DNA of 64,000 nt from Eledone cirrhosa (GCA_964016885.1 OZ024740.1:80600001-80664000), one strand, 5' to 3'; positions 25,795 through 41,954 are shown, numbered from the stretch's first letter. Numbers and translations: made by a program. The notes: generated from the letters alone by a model not told the origin.

Positions 25795-28700
25795 GTTCTT
25801 TTGGTTTTATAATTTCACACATTTTTGCCAATAGAGAGAGAGTCGGTTTCTAACATAGTCACAAGACTCTCTCATTGGAATTAACACATCATTAACTAAG
25901 TAGATATGTATGCATGTCTGCATCCATGCATGTGTAGATAAGGGCGTTATTGGATGTGTGTATGTGTATGTTTTCAGTTGTATGTGTGCGTGTGTATATG
26001 CGTAGTATCTGTACATGTGTGCATATGTGCATGTGTATATGTGTAGTGTCTGCAATTATTAGATGCAACATTTATGGAATGTTTTACATATTTTACTATT
26101 CCATTAATTTATTGTACTTGTAATTTCCTAACTAGTTGTGTTCTTTCTGTTCTTGTGAAGCCCAGCTTCTCAAGATTTGTATTGAGGCAGTTACTAGCAT
26201 ATCCCAGTGCCCCAATAATCACAGGTATAATCAAAGTGGAGTATCTGTAGATTTCTCATCAGTTCTGCATAAATATTCTCCTTTTCGCTAATCTTTGATA
26301 TTATATTGGCATCTGCTGGACAGCTAACTTACATTAATGTGCATGCTTTCTTTTCCTTGTCCCATATCATAATATCTGGTCGGTTATGCCTGCATTTTAT
26401 TGGGGCTTTTACTGGAACATTCCAACAGTACTCTTTCATATTATGTATATATATGTCTTCCACATTGCTGTAACGTTTAATGTGTTTATTATCGGGGCTA
26501 TCTTTTCTACGGATTGCATTTTACAGTGTTCGGCCACTACATCATGCCTCATTGGTAGATAGAACCGCGATGATATCTTTGGACAGCTGTTTATGACATT
26601 GGTGACATCTTCGATGTTAATTCTGCAGAGTCTGCACTTGTTATCACATCTAGGTGTTTTGTCTGCATCCCTATCTCTTTTGTGAATGAGGCTATTCGTG
26701 TTGATTTCCTGTTCTTGGATTGCAAAACGTATCCTTCAAAGTGGGAGCCAATATATCGGTTGTTGGTCCAAGATAGACTACTTTCCTTATCTATATTACT
26801 CTCACTATGGAGTTTCCTAGCAACATATCCATGCATGATTTTTTACTGATAAGCATGCAATTTTTCATCCATGGATTCATTGCTATACTGCTGAGTGACT
26901 TCCCTGGGTGTGAGATTTTGATTATCATACGGGGAATACTTCTCGAGGAGTTCTTTCCCAACTCTCATGAGCTTATCTGTTTCATGCAGATAGACTTGCT
27001 CAAGAGACGGGTTCCTACGCTTTGAGGTTCGTAGATGTTGTCGGAGGGATATGGTGCGACATTCAAATGCTGTCTGGGCTGATGTTAGGCCTCTGCCACC
27101 CTGCTTACGTTTCAAGTAAAGGCGGTCTATGTCACTGTTGATGTGGAAGTTTCCGGTGTTGTTTAGTATTTTTCGAGTTCCAACATCAATCGCATCAATC
27201 GCTCGGATTTCGTCTATCGTCCAATTGAATATTCCAAGGGTTGGTGTTAGGACAGGCACAACAAACACATTGTGAGCCATGTTTTGTTTTGCGCAGAGAG
27301 TTCCGATGACCTTATCTTTCTTAATCGGCTGTAGTATTCCCTGGTTACGCGTTCTTTATTACAGATACCATTATAGGATATGTTCTCATCTATCCCCAGG
27401 TATCTGTAGCAGTCCTCATCAGATATCGGTGAAACCGTTAGACCATTGATGACAATGTTGCTAGATTGGGTTGTTGTTTTTCGCCGCTTTACAGTCATGT
27501 ATGAGCATTTATCTTGGCCAAACTCCAGTCTTATATCCTTTGAGAACGTTGTAACCAGGTCAAGATTTTTCTTCATCCCATCCATGTTCTTGGCATAGAG
27601 TTTCAGATCGTCCACAAAGAAGTTATGGGATAGGTTCGTATTTTTGTTCTCCTGTGAGCCAATGATGTATCCCTCACATTTCTTGGACAGAAAGGACAAG
27701 GGGTTTAATGACAAGATGAACAATATCACAGAGAGACTGTCCCCATGAAATATACCCCTGCAATATTTTATTTTATCAGTGAAAATAGAGTCCTCCTTCT
27801 CTGTCTTTAACCTTAGGATAGTAGCCCGAGAAGAAGACAGCTTCTCTATGGCTCTGAGAATAATGTCTTGGACTTTAGCAAGTTGGAGGGCCTCTATCAT
27901 CCAAGAGTGGGGAACAGAATCGAAAGCTTTCTTGTAGTCCAGCCAGACTGTAGTCATATTCCTCCTAAGTTGTCTCACCTCCGCCATCGCAGTTTTGTTG
28001 ATTAGGAGTTGTTCAGCACATCCCCAAACCCTTTTCCTTCCAGCTGCTTGTTCATCTGTGATGATGTTATTATTTTCACAGTGATCTTGGAGGAATAGGT
28101 TCAGGCAGGCTGTATACATCTTATACATCAGGTTCTGGCATGCAATGGATCGGTAGTTTTTTGCCAAGTGGGTGTCTTTGTTCTTGGGGACCAGTAACGT
28201 TTGTGCTAATGTCAACCATTCTGGTATAAGTGTATCTCCCTTACGAACTTGTTGGTAGAGGTCAGTAAGATACTTCCGATAGAATATTAGTTTTTTGTAC
28301 CAGTAGCTGACAATCATGTCTCTTCCTGGTGTTTTCTTATCTTGGAGTTTTCCTATCACAGTCTCAAGTGTACCGTCACTTATTGCGTATGTTTTTGTTG
28401 TAGTGTAGTTCTTTCGGATTTCTCTTATCCACACTGCATCTTGGTTGAAATTCTTCTTTTCACCCCATATTTTTCTCCAAAAGGAAACTATGTCTTTCTG
28501 GGATGGGGCCTCAGTAACACTTATTATTTTGCCCTTCATATCTCTATAGACTGATGTTTGGTTTCGTCTGGTCAGCACTCTTTTTTTCTATATTAGTTAT
28601 ATATGATGGTATTTTTGGTGGTGTTTTGTTCTTGTTAATCTCTCTGCTATCACCAAGATAATGCTTCACTGTCATTGCTAAGGCATATAAACAGGCGTTG

Positions 28701-29050
28701 ATTTGCCAAAATGTTGGGGTTTTTATCCGTCGTAAGTATTCATCCCCTATTTCGTCAATAACACGTAGTATTTCATTATTTGGTTTTTTATTCACCATTG
28801 TCATTTTAACACGTTCAGCCAGAGAGATATTTATACATGAGTTAATTTCTCTCTGGAAGATTTCGTTGAGGGAAATTTTCAATTGTTTATACTTTTGATT
28901 ATAATTATCGATAGTATTTTCCACAACAGTCGAGATAGGCTCGACTTTTACTGGAACATTCCACCAGTACTCTTTCATATTGTGTATGTGTATGTCTTCC
29001 ACATTGCTGTAACTTTTAATGTGTTTATTGTTGGGGTATTTGTTTCTACG
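25795..29050 (-). mobile_element. Second long R4-like copy, rearranged
   Basis: ORF 27247-28578 RT; RLE 26060-26660; ~235-bp deletion at 28570; extra RLE fragment 28945-29050 fused at the 5' side; 3' end at TATG repeat. Confidence 0.9.
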
Positions 29051-29109
29051 GACTATAATGTTACTTCCTCCAGTGTATGTATGTTTGTATGTATGTATGT
29101 ATGTATATA

Positions 29110-29585
29110 TATTCTTTTCTTTCTCTTAATTTCGAGTACATCTTTGACCGGCTACCTTCCTGGTGGCAAGGCTATAAAAGAAAAAGAAATTTTCATCGCT
29201 TGAATTGCAAATCTTGAAGGTGCCAGATATCCCGGCCATTTGTTGTCTATGAATTAGGGAGCTGCACTCTTTGTCCACAAATCCAATTGCTGTCATACTT
29301 CTGTCCAAGCGGGTTAGTATATAACCTGTAGCTCCAATAATATTTGGCAAACTGAAGTTGTATCATGGATACTGGATCTGCAAACTCCTTATCAATGGCA
29401 CGTAGATGACTACCTTCTCTTGTATTTTTTTTACATCTTTGACATCAAGTTGGCAGCTGATCTCTACAACAGAGCACGTTTTCAATGTGTGATCCCAAGC
29501 AAAAATATTAGGCCGGTTGTTCTCTAATTTGGTGACAGTTTTTATTTTCAGGTCCCACCAGTATTCCTTAGTGCCACCTATCTCA
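29110..29585 (-). mobile_element. 5'-truncated RLE fragment of a different R4-like subfamily
   Basis: EYWWDLKIKT..NNRPNI..VVEISC..IIGATG; 3' end abuts (TATG)n at 29075-29105. Confidence 0.75.
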
Positions 29586-29610
29586 TTTGTTTTTGTTTGT
29601 ATGTATGTAT

Positions 29611-29800
29611 GATTTTATAAATGTTTGCCAATACTGAGAGAGAGTCGGTTTCTAACATAGACACGAGACTCTCTCATTGGGATTTAGACAACACAATTTG
29701 GTATGCATATCTGCATGCATGCGTGTATGTGCAGGTATGCATGTTATTGTATGTGTGCATGTATATGTTTTGAGTTATATTTTTGCATGTGCATATGTGT
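29611..29800 (-). mobile_element. R4-like 3' UTR stub
   Basis: Same GAGAGAGTC..GACTCTCTCATTGG hairpin as 20187-20237; abuts TATG repeat. Confidence 0.7.
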
Positions 29801-29955
29801 TATATCTGTACATGTGACATGCTGTTATTACATGTATGTATGTATTTTGTATGCATGTATGTATATATGTGTGTGTGTATGTATGTATGTATTTATGTAT
29901 GTAAGTATGCATGTATGAATATATGTATATATGAATATATTTATGTATTATGCAC

Positions 29956-30005
<50 letters not shown>

Positions 30006-30127
30006 ATAATAATAATAATAATAATAACAATAGTAATAATAAAAAATGTGAAGACTAAAATCCGAAGAGGGCTCGAAAATCCCGTTATGGGTGAAAGCAG
30101 CGATTCTTTGCTTAAACTTATCTGTTA

Positions 30128-30240
<113 letters not shown>

Positions 30241-31087
30241 ATTTGTGTGTGTGTGAGTGTGAAAATTCAACAAGGAAAAACTAATACGACACAATGTTTT
30301 GATAGATATTAGTTTAATGCTTGAGATAGTAGAAAAGAGTCTTAAACGAGAAAGAATAGAATGAAAGAGAGAAGTAGAAAGAGAAAGATAGATGAGAGTA
30401 ACAAAAGAAAGAAAGCGGGAAAAATAATTTCCCCGTGTGTAGCACATGTGTAGTTGGTACGAGATTTTGGAAATTTGCATTTCAGAATGAAACACAACTG
30501 GCTCTACGAACAAAGCTTCGCAGAATCTTTGTGTGAGATGAAGGGAGGAAGGCGCACGAACTACAAAGAATGGTAATATCAGCCACAGGAGAAACAACAG
30601 CTCACAGAGCATTGTTATGGACTAAAAAAAATTACAATATCAACAAAAATAACATCAATAACAAACAGAGCAGAAGCAATGTGAGAGAAAACGAGTAAGG
30701 AAGGGAAAGAAAACGCAAGCGTGCGAGAGTGAGAGATGTTTTTAAGGGGTTTTACATCGTGTTCACTTATTTCCTTTCTACTTTGATATTCATCATTTCC
30801 TTTTCTCGTTGTTTTAAAACATTATCTTAAACTACACGCGACTGCAACGAATACAGAACCTACTGTACACAAACCTATTGTTTGACATAAACGAGCGAAT
30901 TGCATATACAGATATAGACACAGACAAACACACATATATGCATATATATATATACACCTATACACACACACACGCACACACACACACACATATATATATA
31001 TCGACAGTCGATTGAAACAATGTTTCCATTGGTCTTTCCGATTGCTAATACTATCTATCGGTCGCAACTCAAGGTAGAAGGAAGAAC

Positions 31088-31172
31088 TAGAGTGTCTTGA
31101 TCAAGGACGTAACGCATAGCTCGGTCCTGCTATCGAACTCAAACCTCACGATTGCAAATGCAATTCTCTAAT
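31088..31172 (-). mobile_element. Old tRNA-SINE fragment
   Basis: Minus strand reads GAGTTCGAT (B box) followed by TCCTTGATCAAGACACT, a SINE core-like motif. Confidence 0.5.
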
Positions 31173-31243
31173 AACTCATCAACACACTGTGTGTATATAT
31201 ATATACATACACACACAGAAAAAAAAAAAAATATATATATATA

Positions 31244-32042
31244 TTTCGTTTCTGAATTTGTTTAGCAAGATTCCTTATCTGAAAACGTGTGTTAATACCG
31301 ATATTGTTATACTTTGGGAGGGTCATGTTGCCAATAAGAAACACACGCACCAGTTGTTTCACTTCAATTTATTATAAATTAAATTTAGAAATGTAGTATA
31401 TAGCATAAGATGTACCGAAGAACAATGTAGAGATAAGAATATAGTGTACATAGCTGAGACAGCTCGTAGTATAGGAGAACGGATAAATGAACACCGGCGA
31501 GGTAAATTAAAGAACATGGAAATAAAAATAGAATCTACACACAGAAAAGACGTAATGTTTAGACAAATCACAGACGCAATAAACATAAATGAATTCCAAC
31601 CAAAATTAAATAGAAAGCATGAATGGAATAGCAACATCGCAACTTACAATTAAGGACAAAATGAAAACACACACACACATAGAACAAACAACCAACCAGT
31701 AACATGTAAATAAACAAATAAATAAACAAATATAAACACACATAGACACCCCGATGTAACACATGCGCAAACTAAGCTCAGAATACACTAAAAAACAAGA
31801 TGGCGTAGGACAGAACAAAGGAGAGGCACAAAAACAATGAAATAATCCCCAGTCGCTGAAGAGGTCACAGAATGTGTGTCGAAAGAACTTTGACAATATA
31901 TGACCAATTGTCTGGTTGTGGAACCAACCAACCAACCGGAAATTTATAAATTCCTAAATTTATAAATTTAATTTGTAATAAATTGAAGTGAATGCATCTG
32001 GTGCGTGTGTTTCTTATGTGCAACATGACCCTCCCAAAGTAT

Positions 32043-32049
<7 letters not shown>
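31244..32049. mobile_element. PLE family A: short inverted terminus (31244-31378) + plus-strand EN fragment and pLTR with HHR 31852-31894
   Basis: RNVVYSIRC..YIAETARS; GUCG-CUGAAGA..GAAA-GAAC-UU-UGAC; (TA)n flanks. Confidence 0.85.
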
Positions 32050-32092
<43 letters not shown>

Positions 32093-32158
32093 AAGTATGA
32101 ATTCCTACGTGTAAAAAATACATATAGGGAAACAAGTATTGTCATTTGCTAGACCTCG

Positions 32159-32193
<35 letters not shown>

Positions 32194-32371
32194 GTTTGTT
32201 GGTTCACCACTGGATATAGCTGTGTGGTCAGCCACGATGTAATGTTATGGAAAGCATTCAACGTAATGCAACCACCCGTCTTCATTTGTGTAGTTGGTGG
32301 TGCAAGTACGGAGTTAATTATTACAAAATAACATGAGGCATGTTCTGGTGTAAATCCTTGAAAGGTTTATT

Positions 32372-32429
32372 ATACTATGATCATTTCAATGACCTGGTTC
32401 AGTATGAATCCGGTGACATCATCAGGTAA
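32372..32429 (-). ncRNA. Type I hammerhead ribozyme
   Basis: UAC-CUGAUGA-stem II-GAAA-UGAUCA-UA-GUA; palindromic stem III AUGAUCAU. Confidence 0.7.
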
Positions 32430-32578
32430 TTCAAAATATAACGAAGGAATATATCAGATAAAAATCCTTGGTGTTTAAATCAGAGACAAGAGGGCGGTCG
32501 GTATTTTAGCGACTTGTATCTGCGTCGGCCACCCTCGTGTGGATTTTTATCTGATATATTCCTTCGTTATATTTTGAA

Positions 32579-32636
32579 TTACCTGATGATGTCACCGGAT
32601 TCATACTGAACCCGGTCATTGAAATGATCATCGTAA
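32579..32636 (+). ncRNA. Type I hammerhead ribozyme
   Basis: UUAC-CUGAUGA-(ACCGG/CCGGU)-GAAA-UGAUCA-UC-GUAA; AUC triplet. Confidence 0.78.
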
Positions 32637-32706
32637 AATAAACCTTTCAATGATTTACACCAGAACATGCCTCCTGTTATTTTGTAATATATATATATAT
32701 ATATAT

Positions 32707-33270
32707 ACGTTATTCCGGGTTGAATCGGAGGTAACCACAGTAAGTAAGGTACTCAATACATAGCAGAGTATAAACGTTTTAATATAGAAGAGATTCTACA
32801 GGACTAGAACTATATCATTCTTTAGAAATCATCAGGAATCTGAGTATCGAAAAATAAATATGGTATTTATAGGTCTCTTCAGGTGGTAGGAGAGGGTGGG
32901 GAGTGGGATGGGTAGAGGTCATTGGTTGATAGAAAAGGGAATTCATTAAAAGCTAATTCTTTGAAGTTATAATTTATATTTAGAGTAACAAAGGCAGAAA
33001 TAATTCTATAAACAAGTTCAGAATGGGGTGCCACTCCTTATTTTGAAGTTTCTCTTAAGATAACAATGCCTATATTTCAGGAGTCTATAAGATCGTTGGG
33101 TCGGTCATAGTTGATGGATTTAAAGAAAAGGGAAATTCTTTACAAGCTAATTCTTTAAGGTTCTACTTAGAGTGACAAAGGCCTAGAGAATTCTATGGAC
33201 CAGTTCAAAATATTGAGTGCATATCATACCATTATCTTCAAGTTTCTCTTAAGCTATATTCCAGGTGTCA
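32707..33270 (-). mobile_element. PLE pLTR-like fragment with decayed HHR at 32791-32841
   Basis: AGAUUC-CUGAUGA-stem II-GAUA(for GAAA)-UAG..CUG-UA-GAAUCU; ends at (TA)n. Confidence 0.55.
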
Positions 33271-33327
33271 ACAGACACATTCACAAACACACACACACGC
33301 CCCCCCCCCCCCCACGCACACATACAT

Positions 33328-34005
33328 GCGATGAAATACCAATGATGGTTGGAAGATCACTGATGAAGGACTAACTTTATTCATATGTAACCCATTTGCA
33401 AACACGCAGCACGTTTGTTTTCATATTCACACATATATTTTCTCCCGCTGTGACCCGTCTATTTCGTTCTTACTGCTTCTTCTTTCTCTGTATCTTTACG
33501 CTCTCTAACAGTCACTCTCTCTGTTAGCCTCTTCCTCACCCTTCACTCACTCACTCTCTGCTACTACCTCTCCTACCTCCTGCCGTTTGACCTGTGCGTA
33601 ATTCTTTTCTCGCGCACGCTTGACCAGGCTGGTTGTTCTTTTTTTCTCTCTTGTCTACGATTTCACAGAACTTATGTTCACCGAATTCATGGACTAGACT
33701 CCTTCTTCCTCACGTTTGACCTGTGCGGAATTCCTTCCTTGCTCACATTTCGACTAGGTTTGATGGTCTTTATTCTCTCTCGTTCACGATTTCACAGAAC
33801 TTATATTCATGGAAATCTGGGACTTGACTCTTTCTTCCTCACTTTTCGTTGATTTACCATCTTTGTTTGTTTACATTCTTGCTCTTCCCCTTATTTACGT
33901 GTCCCAACCACTTTCTTTAGCCGTTGCTCGCACCAACCGGAGGTATATGGTCTTTAAAGCGATGATGGTTGGAAGATCACTGATGAAGGACTAACTTTAT
34001 TCATA
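33328..34005 (+). repeat. Family T repeat, ~1.1 units (620 bp)
   Basis: CTGATGAAGGAC at 33360 and 33980. Confidence 0.85.
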
Positions 34006-34038
34006 TATATATACACATACATGCACACATATATACAG

Positions 34039-34080
<42 letters not shown>

Positions 34081-34379
34081 ACATATATATACATATATAT
34101 ATACTTATATATATATATATATACACACATATATACGTATATATACACATATATATGCATACATACACACACACATACACATATACATACACATATACAC
34201 ACATATATATACATATACACATATACATATATACACACATATATACATATATACATATATATACATACATACATATATATATATATACATAGATACACAC
34301 ACCAATACACACACATACACATATATATACACACATACAGACACACATATATGCATACACATACATATACATATATACG

Positions 34380-34456
<77 letters not shown>

Positions 34457-34459
34457 TAT

Positions 34460-36612
<2,153 letters not shown>

Positions 36613-36756
36613 GAGTATATGTTGGTTGTATACCAACACCTCAGTATGCAGGCTGGAGCACTCGACGAAGTGCGCAGGTTGGTTTGGTTACTCCGGAGTA
36701 ATGTAAAATAAAGTTAAATAAAAAGTCCAATGTTTAAAATTTAGCTTCGTTTATTG

Positions 36757-36809
36757 CTGCTATATATATTTCAGTGACAGCCATCTTTGGCTGTGACCTC
36801 TTCAGGCAG
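36757..36809 (-). ncRNA. Type I hammerhead ribozyme
   Basis: CUGC-CUGAAGA-(ACAGCC/GGCUGU)-GAAA-UAUAUA-UA-GCAG; palindromic stem III. Confidence 0.8.
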
Positions 36810-39800
36810 TCCGAATTAGTGTGGTATAGACAAGTACATATGTTGTTGAGTTGTATAATATTGTCAATACTCTGATATGCTCAGTTCGTGGTTGGGTTGT
36901 TATTTCACTGAGGAACTGGAATCATATGAATTCAAACAAACGAATTTCAGTGTCAAAGGGCCTGTTCTCCTCTCATTGGTCAGTTGTTAGAACATCCCTC
37001 ATTCTAAGTGTTGTTATTGTTGGAGTTAGCTTAAAAAATTGATAAAGTGGTAGAAGGGACAAGGTTTTAAAGGAACAAAATAACAAAAAAAGTGTCCAAC
37101 TTCCCATTGGATAATTCTGAGAGCATTCCTCAGTCAGAAGTCTATAGAATTCTTTCTGGGGTGAGGCTCCCTGTAGTGTTTGTGTTTGCTATTGTTAAGT
37201 ACATTTGACCTCTACCATGATTTTGGTAGTGTTGTTGGTGTTGTGGTCAGCTTATGTCTTGCTTCTCTTGACAATTTAGAAGTATCTGTGTGTGTTTTTT
37301 CTTCATCTCTCCTGCCACCATCTCTCATAGTGATGGTGGTGGTGATGGGGTGGGGTGTTCTTCCATGTATATGAAGAAATATAAGGCAATAAATGAGGAA
37401 AACAGAAAATAAATAATATAATTTGTATAATTTGAAAATAAATAACAAATAGAGAATAAAGAATAAAGAATAAATGAAACATTGGTGAAAAAGTAATGAA
37501 AATGAATATGGAGAAGTGAAAAATAAAATGATTATTCAAATAAAGTAGGATAAAGTGTGTGTGTGCTATAACCAATCTCAAGGTCAGAAATATGTTGGAT
37601 AGATTGGTATGAGGAAAGATGTTAAAATAAGATAATCAAACAAAATGAGTTTGTGTAATAATCAATCTCAACTTAAAAATAAATATAAGGTGATACAGTG
37701 AAGAGGGCAGAAAACAAATAACAAATTAATAAAGAGAAATCAAGATTTAAAATTGGGACTTGAAAGTCAGAAATCAAGTAAATTAAAATGTGTTTGTGTT
37801 ATATAGATGTTGGCCAAATTATAATGGCTGTGTCCCATTCAATCTCTAGGCTATCATGGTGTCTGTTAAGCCTGGGTTGTTCTCTATAGCTTGAGGGGAG
37901 TTCACAACCTAGGGTGTTGTTACTATCCATATAGTTTGAGGGAGGTCTGGCTGAGAGGTGTTTACATGTTCAGTAGAAGTCCCTATAGCTTGAGGGGAGT
38001 TCACATCTTCTTGTGTTGCTACTGTCCATATATCTTAAGGAAAGTCCCGGCTCTAAGGTGTCTGCATGTCCCGAAGAAGTCGGTTCTGAGGTTTATCAGG
38101 CCGCTTCCACCTCTTAGTATCTCGAGGGTCTCGTTCCGGCATAGTTTGCATATGCAAGATCCCCATATCGGGTGGTACTTTTCTGATTATGTACCAGGCC
38201 AGAGAGTACGGGGTCCTGTCCAGCTTAAGCTTCCAGATCAGGTCGGAGAGAGCCGTGCTTTTCCTTTTGGCCTCCTTATTGAATGAATGGCGATGGTTGT
38301 ACCAGCGGCCTTTAAAGCTCGTTGATGTGGCTCCTATGTAGAGGTGGTCGGAGTTGGGGTTTTTAACCCTACAACCCTATACTAGGTTCTTCTTGAGACA
38401 TTCATTACCAAGGGGGCATGATTCGGGTTTTTGCAGTTGCAGAGGGTGGTCGACCTCTGCGCGCCTAGATTAGCGTTCCGGTTATGTGTTACATGTTGGT
38501 CTTCCCCCAGGCACGGTGGGGGTCCCCGGGTCTGTTTGAGTTTCTTGGGTGGGCTCTGGGTCCCCCCTTCCCTCCTCCACATGGTTCTCCTGAGTGTTTG
38601 TATTGCCATCTTCTGGTTGTGTGTGATTTTTAAGCCTACTTCTGTTGATGCTATCTATGTGTTGGGCCAGATTTCTCGTGGTGGAAAACGAGAGCTTCAC
38701 AGTGTGTCTGTTGAAGATCCCGTGGTGTCTGTGGTCCCTCGGAAATCATTTATCAAGTGCTCCAAAGAATGATCGGACCAAGCTGTTCTTTAGGGCCGCT
38801 GAGTAGGGTGGGTTGTACAACTTGATTTTTCGGTGTCTCCTATATGTGTGGGTCGGGGGCGTCGTAATTTGTTGGAGATTTGTAGGGTTGCTGGTGGTTT
38901 CCGCACTGTTGCTTTCCCTTTGGACGCTATACTTTTTGTTATCTTCACGGCCGGAATCTGTGGGGTGGTCGTTGGTCGCGCCGGGAGATCTATCGTGGGG
39001 TGGTCCCCCGTTTCCCCACTCCCTACATGTCCTGCGGTTGGGGTCGTCGGTCTTGGGGTGGTTAGCGTCACCCCTGAGACTGTTACTCATATTGTGTTTC
39101 GTCTCGTGGTTAAGCGTACTAGTCACCACCGCCCGTGTGGTGGTGTCGGGCACATGGTGCCTATTTGTTTCTGCTCTGCCTGTATTGTTAGGGTTCGCCC
39201 TTCCCCTCCCGGGCAATGCAGGTGTGGGTGTCTGTTGGGCTATCCCCGTCCCGGCGTTTCGGACTATATGTTATATTTTGGCCATGTGCCGCCTTCTTTA
39301 GAGCTGCGTTGTAATATTCCGCGTCGTTATTGAATATTTCCTTACTTGCTGACAGGCTGGAGATCCTGTCCGAGACACTCTTCACCACTGCCTTGGTTAT
39401 GGATCTAGGGTGGTTTGATTTGGCGTTAACATATACGAGTTTCTCGTTGGGCTTGTGGTAGGGCTAGTATTGTTCGGTGTTCAAGTTTGGGGTGGTGTCT
39501 AGGAAGTTAACTACCTTCCTATTTGGGTCTATTTCTATACTGAGCCCTTGGTTCTTAAAGAAATGGCGAATACGTCTCCTCATTCCCTCCAACTTATTGG
39601 TGCTGTGGTCATATACTGTGAATAGAGCATCGTCACGGTATAATCCGCTGCCCAGGCAGAGGATTACATCTTTTATCTGCTTCAGCAGGTAGAGCCCAGC
39701 CAGGTCCGTTACCTGTGCTGAGTCGCTGGAGCCCATCGTGATGTCAAAGTTATTTGGCCAATCACTCCTGGTCCAAAGGTCTCATCGAAATGGATTAAGG

Positions 39801-41901
39801 TCTTTCTTGCGGCGTGGATGATGCTCACCTCCTCTCGGGTTAGGTCCGTATTGGACATCGCTAAAAATAGGGCCTTATTAAGTACTTGGGTGAGATTGAG
39901 GAGTAGTATCTTGCGATGTCCAGTTGTATAAAGTTAGTCCTACTTTTCTATTGCAGTATTTTAAACCATTCTATTACTTTTCCCGTGCATGACCATTACT
40001 GTAATTTTGTTTTTTTCCGGAGCTTGGACAAAATCCTATTCAGTATTCTTTTACTGACGATCCCTAGGTCAGTAGGTTAAAAACCACACACAACCAGTAG
40101 ATGGCAATACAAACACTCAGCAGAACCATGTGAAAGGAGGGAAGAGGGATCCAGAGCCCACCCAAGAACCCAAACAGACTGGGGGATCCCACCGTGCCTG
40201 GGAGAAGACCAACATGTAACACATAACTGGAACCCTAATCTAGACACGCAGAGGTCGACCACCCTCTGCAACTGCAGAAACCACGAATCATGCCCCCTTG
40301 GTAATGAATGCCTCAAGAAGAACCTAGTATACGGTTGTAGGGTTGAAACCCCCAACTCCGAACACCTCTACATAGGAGCGACATCAACGAGCTTTAAAGA
40401 CCGCTGGTACAACCATCGCCATTCATTCAATAAGGAGGCCAAAAGGAAAAGCACGGCTCTCTCCGACCTGATCTGGAAGCTTAAGCTGGACAGGACCCCG
40501 TACTCTCTGGCCTGGTACATAATCATGAAAGTACCACCCGATAAAGGGGGCTCTTGCATATGCAAACTATGCCTGAACGAGACCCTCGAGATACTAAGAG
40601 GTGGAAGCGGCCTGATAAACCTCAGAACCGACTTCTTCGGGACATGCAGACACCATAGAGCCAGGACCTTCCTTAAGATATATGGACAGTAGCAACACAA
40701 GAAGATGTGAACTCCCCTCAAGCTATAGGGACTTCTACTGAACATGTAAACACCTCTCAGCCAGACCTCCCTCAAGCTATATGGGCAGTAACAACACTCT
40801 AGGTTGTGAACTCCCTTCAAGCCATAGAGAACAACCCAGGCTGAACAGACACCATGATAGCCTAGAGATTGAATCAGACACAGCCATTATAATTTGGCCA
40901 ACATCTATATAACACAAACACATTTTAATTTACTTGATTTCTGACTTTCAGGTCCCAATTTTAAATCTTGATTTCTCTTTATTAATTTGTTATTTGTTTT
41001 CTGCCCTTTTCACTGTATCACCTTATATTTATTTTTAAGTTGAGATTGATTATTACACAAACACATTTTGTTTGATTATCTTATTTTAACATCTTTCCTC
41101 ATACCAATCTATCCAACATATTTCTGACCTTGAGATTGGTTATAGCACTCACACACTTTATCCAACTTTATTTGAATAATCATTTTATTTTTCACTTCTC
41201 CATATTCAATTTCGATACTTTTTCACCAATTTTTATATTTATTCTTTATTCTTTATTCTCTATTTGTTATTTATTTTCAAATTATACAAATTATATTATT
41301 TATTTTCTGTTTTCTTCATTTATTGCCTTATATTTCATCATATACATGGAAGAACCCACACCCCATCACCACCACCACAACTATGAGAGATGGTGGCAGG
41401 AGAGATGAAGAAAATACACACACAGATACTTCTAAATTGTCAAGAGAAGCAAGACATAAGCTGACCACAACACCAACAACACTACCAAAATAATGGTAGA
41501 GGTCAAATGTACTTAACAATAGCAAACACAAACACTACAGGGAGCCTCACCCCGGAAATAATTCTATAGACTTCTGACTGAGGAATGCTCTCAGAACTGA
41601 CCAATGGGAAGTTGGACACTTTTTTTGTTATTTTGTTCCTTTAAAACCTTGTCCCTTCTACCACTTTATCAATTTTTTAAGCTAACTCCAACAATAAAAA
41701 CACTTAGAATGAGGGATGTTCTAACAACTGACCAATGAGAGGAGAACAGGTCCTTTGACACTGAAATTCGTTTGTTTGAATTCATATGAGTCCAGTTCCT
41801 CAGTGAAATAACAACCCAACCAGGAACTGGGCATATCAGAGTATTGACAATATTATACACCTCAACAACTTATGTACTTGTTTACACCACACTAATTCGG
41901 A

Positions 41902-41954
41902 CTGCCTGACGAGGTCACAGCTAAAGATGGCTGTCACTGAAATATATATAGCAG
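41902..41954 (+). ncRNA. Type I hammerhead ribozyme
   Basis: CUGC-CUGACGA-stem II-GAAA-UAUAUA-UA-GCAG. Confidence 0.8.

Larger units (their letters stand above)
32317..32690. mobile_element. ORF-less fold-back element, ~150-bp inverted arms each carrying a hammerhead
   Basis: 32320-32468 is the reverse complement of 32541-32690 with few mismatches. Confidence 0.85.

Noticed and set aside
30486-30575. Possible plus-strand exon after TTTCAG
   Set aside because: Short, unrecognisable peptide; splice signals could be chance
38382-40820. Antisense and alternate-frame ORFs over the PLE
   Set aside because: Shadow frames of a GC-richer TE ORF, duplicated only because of the inverted arm
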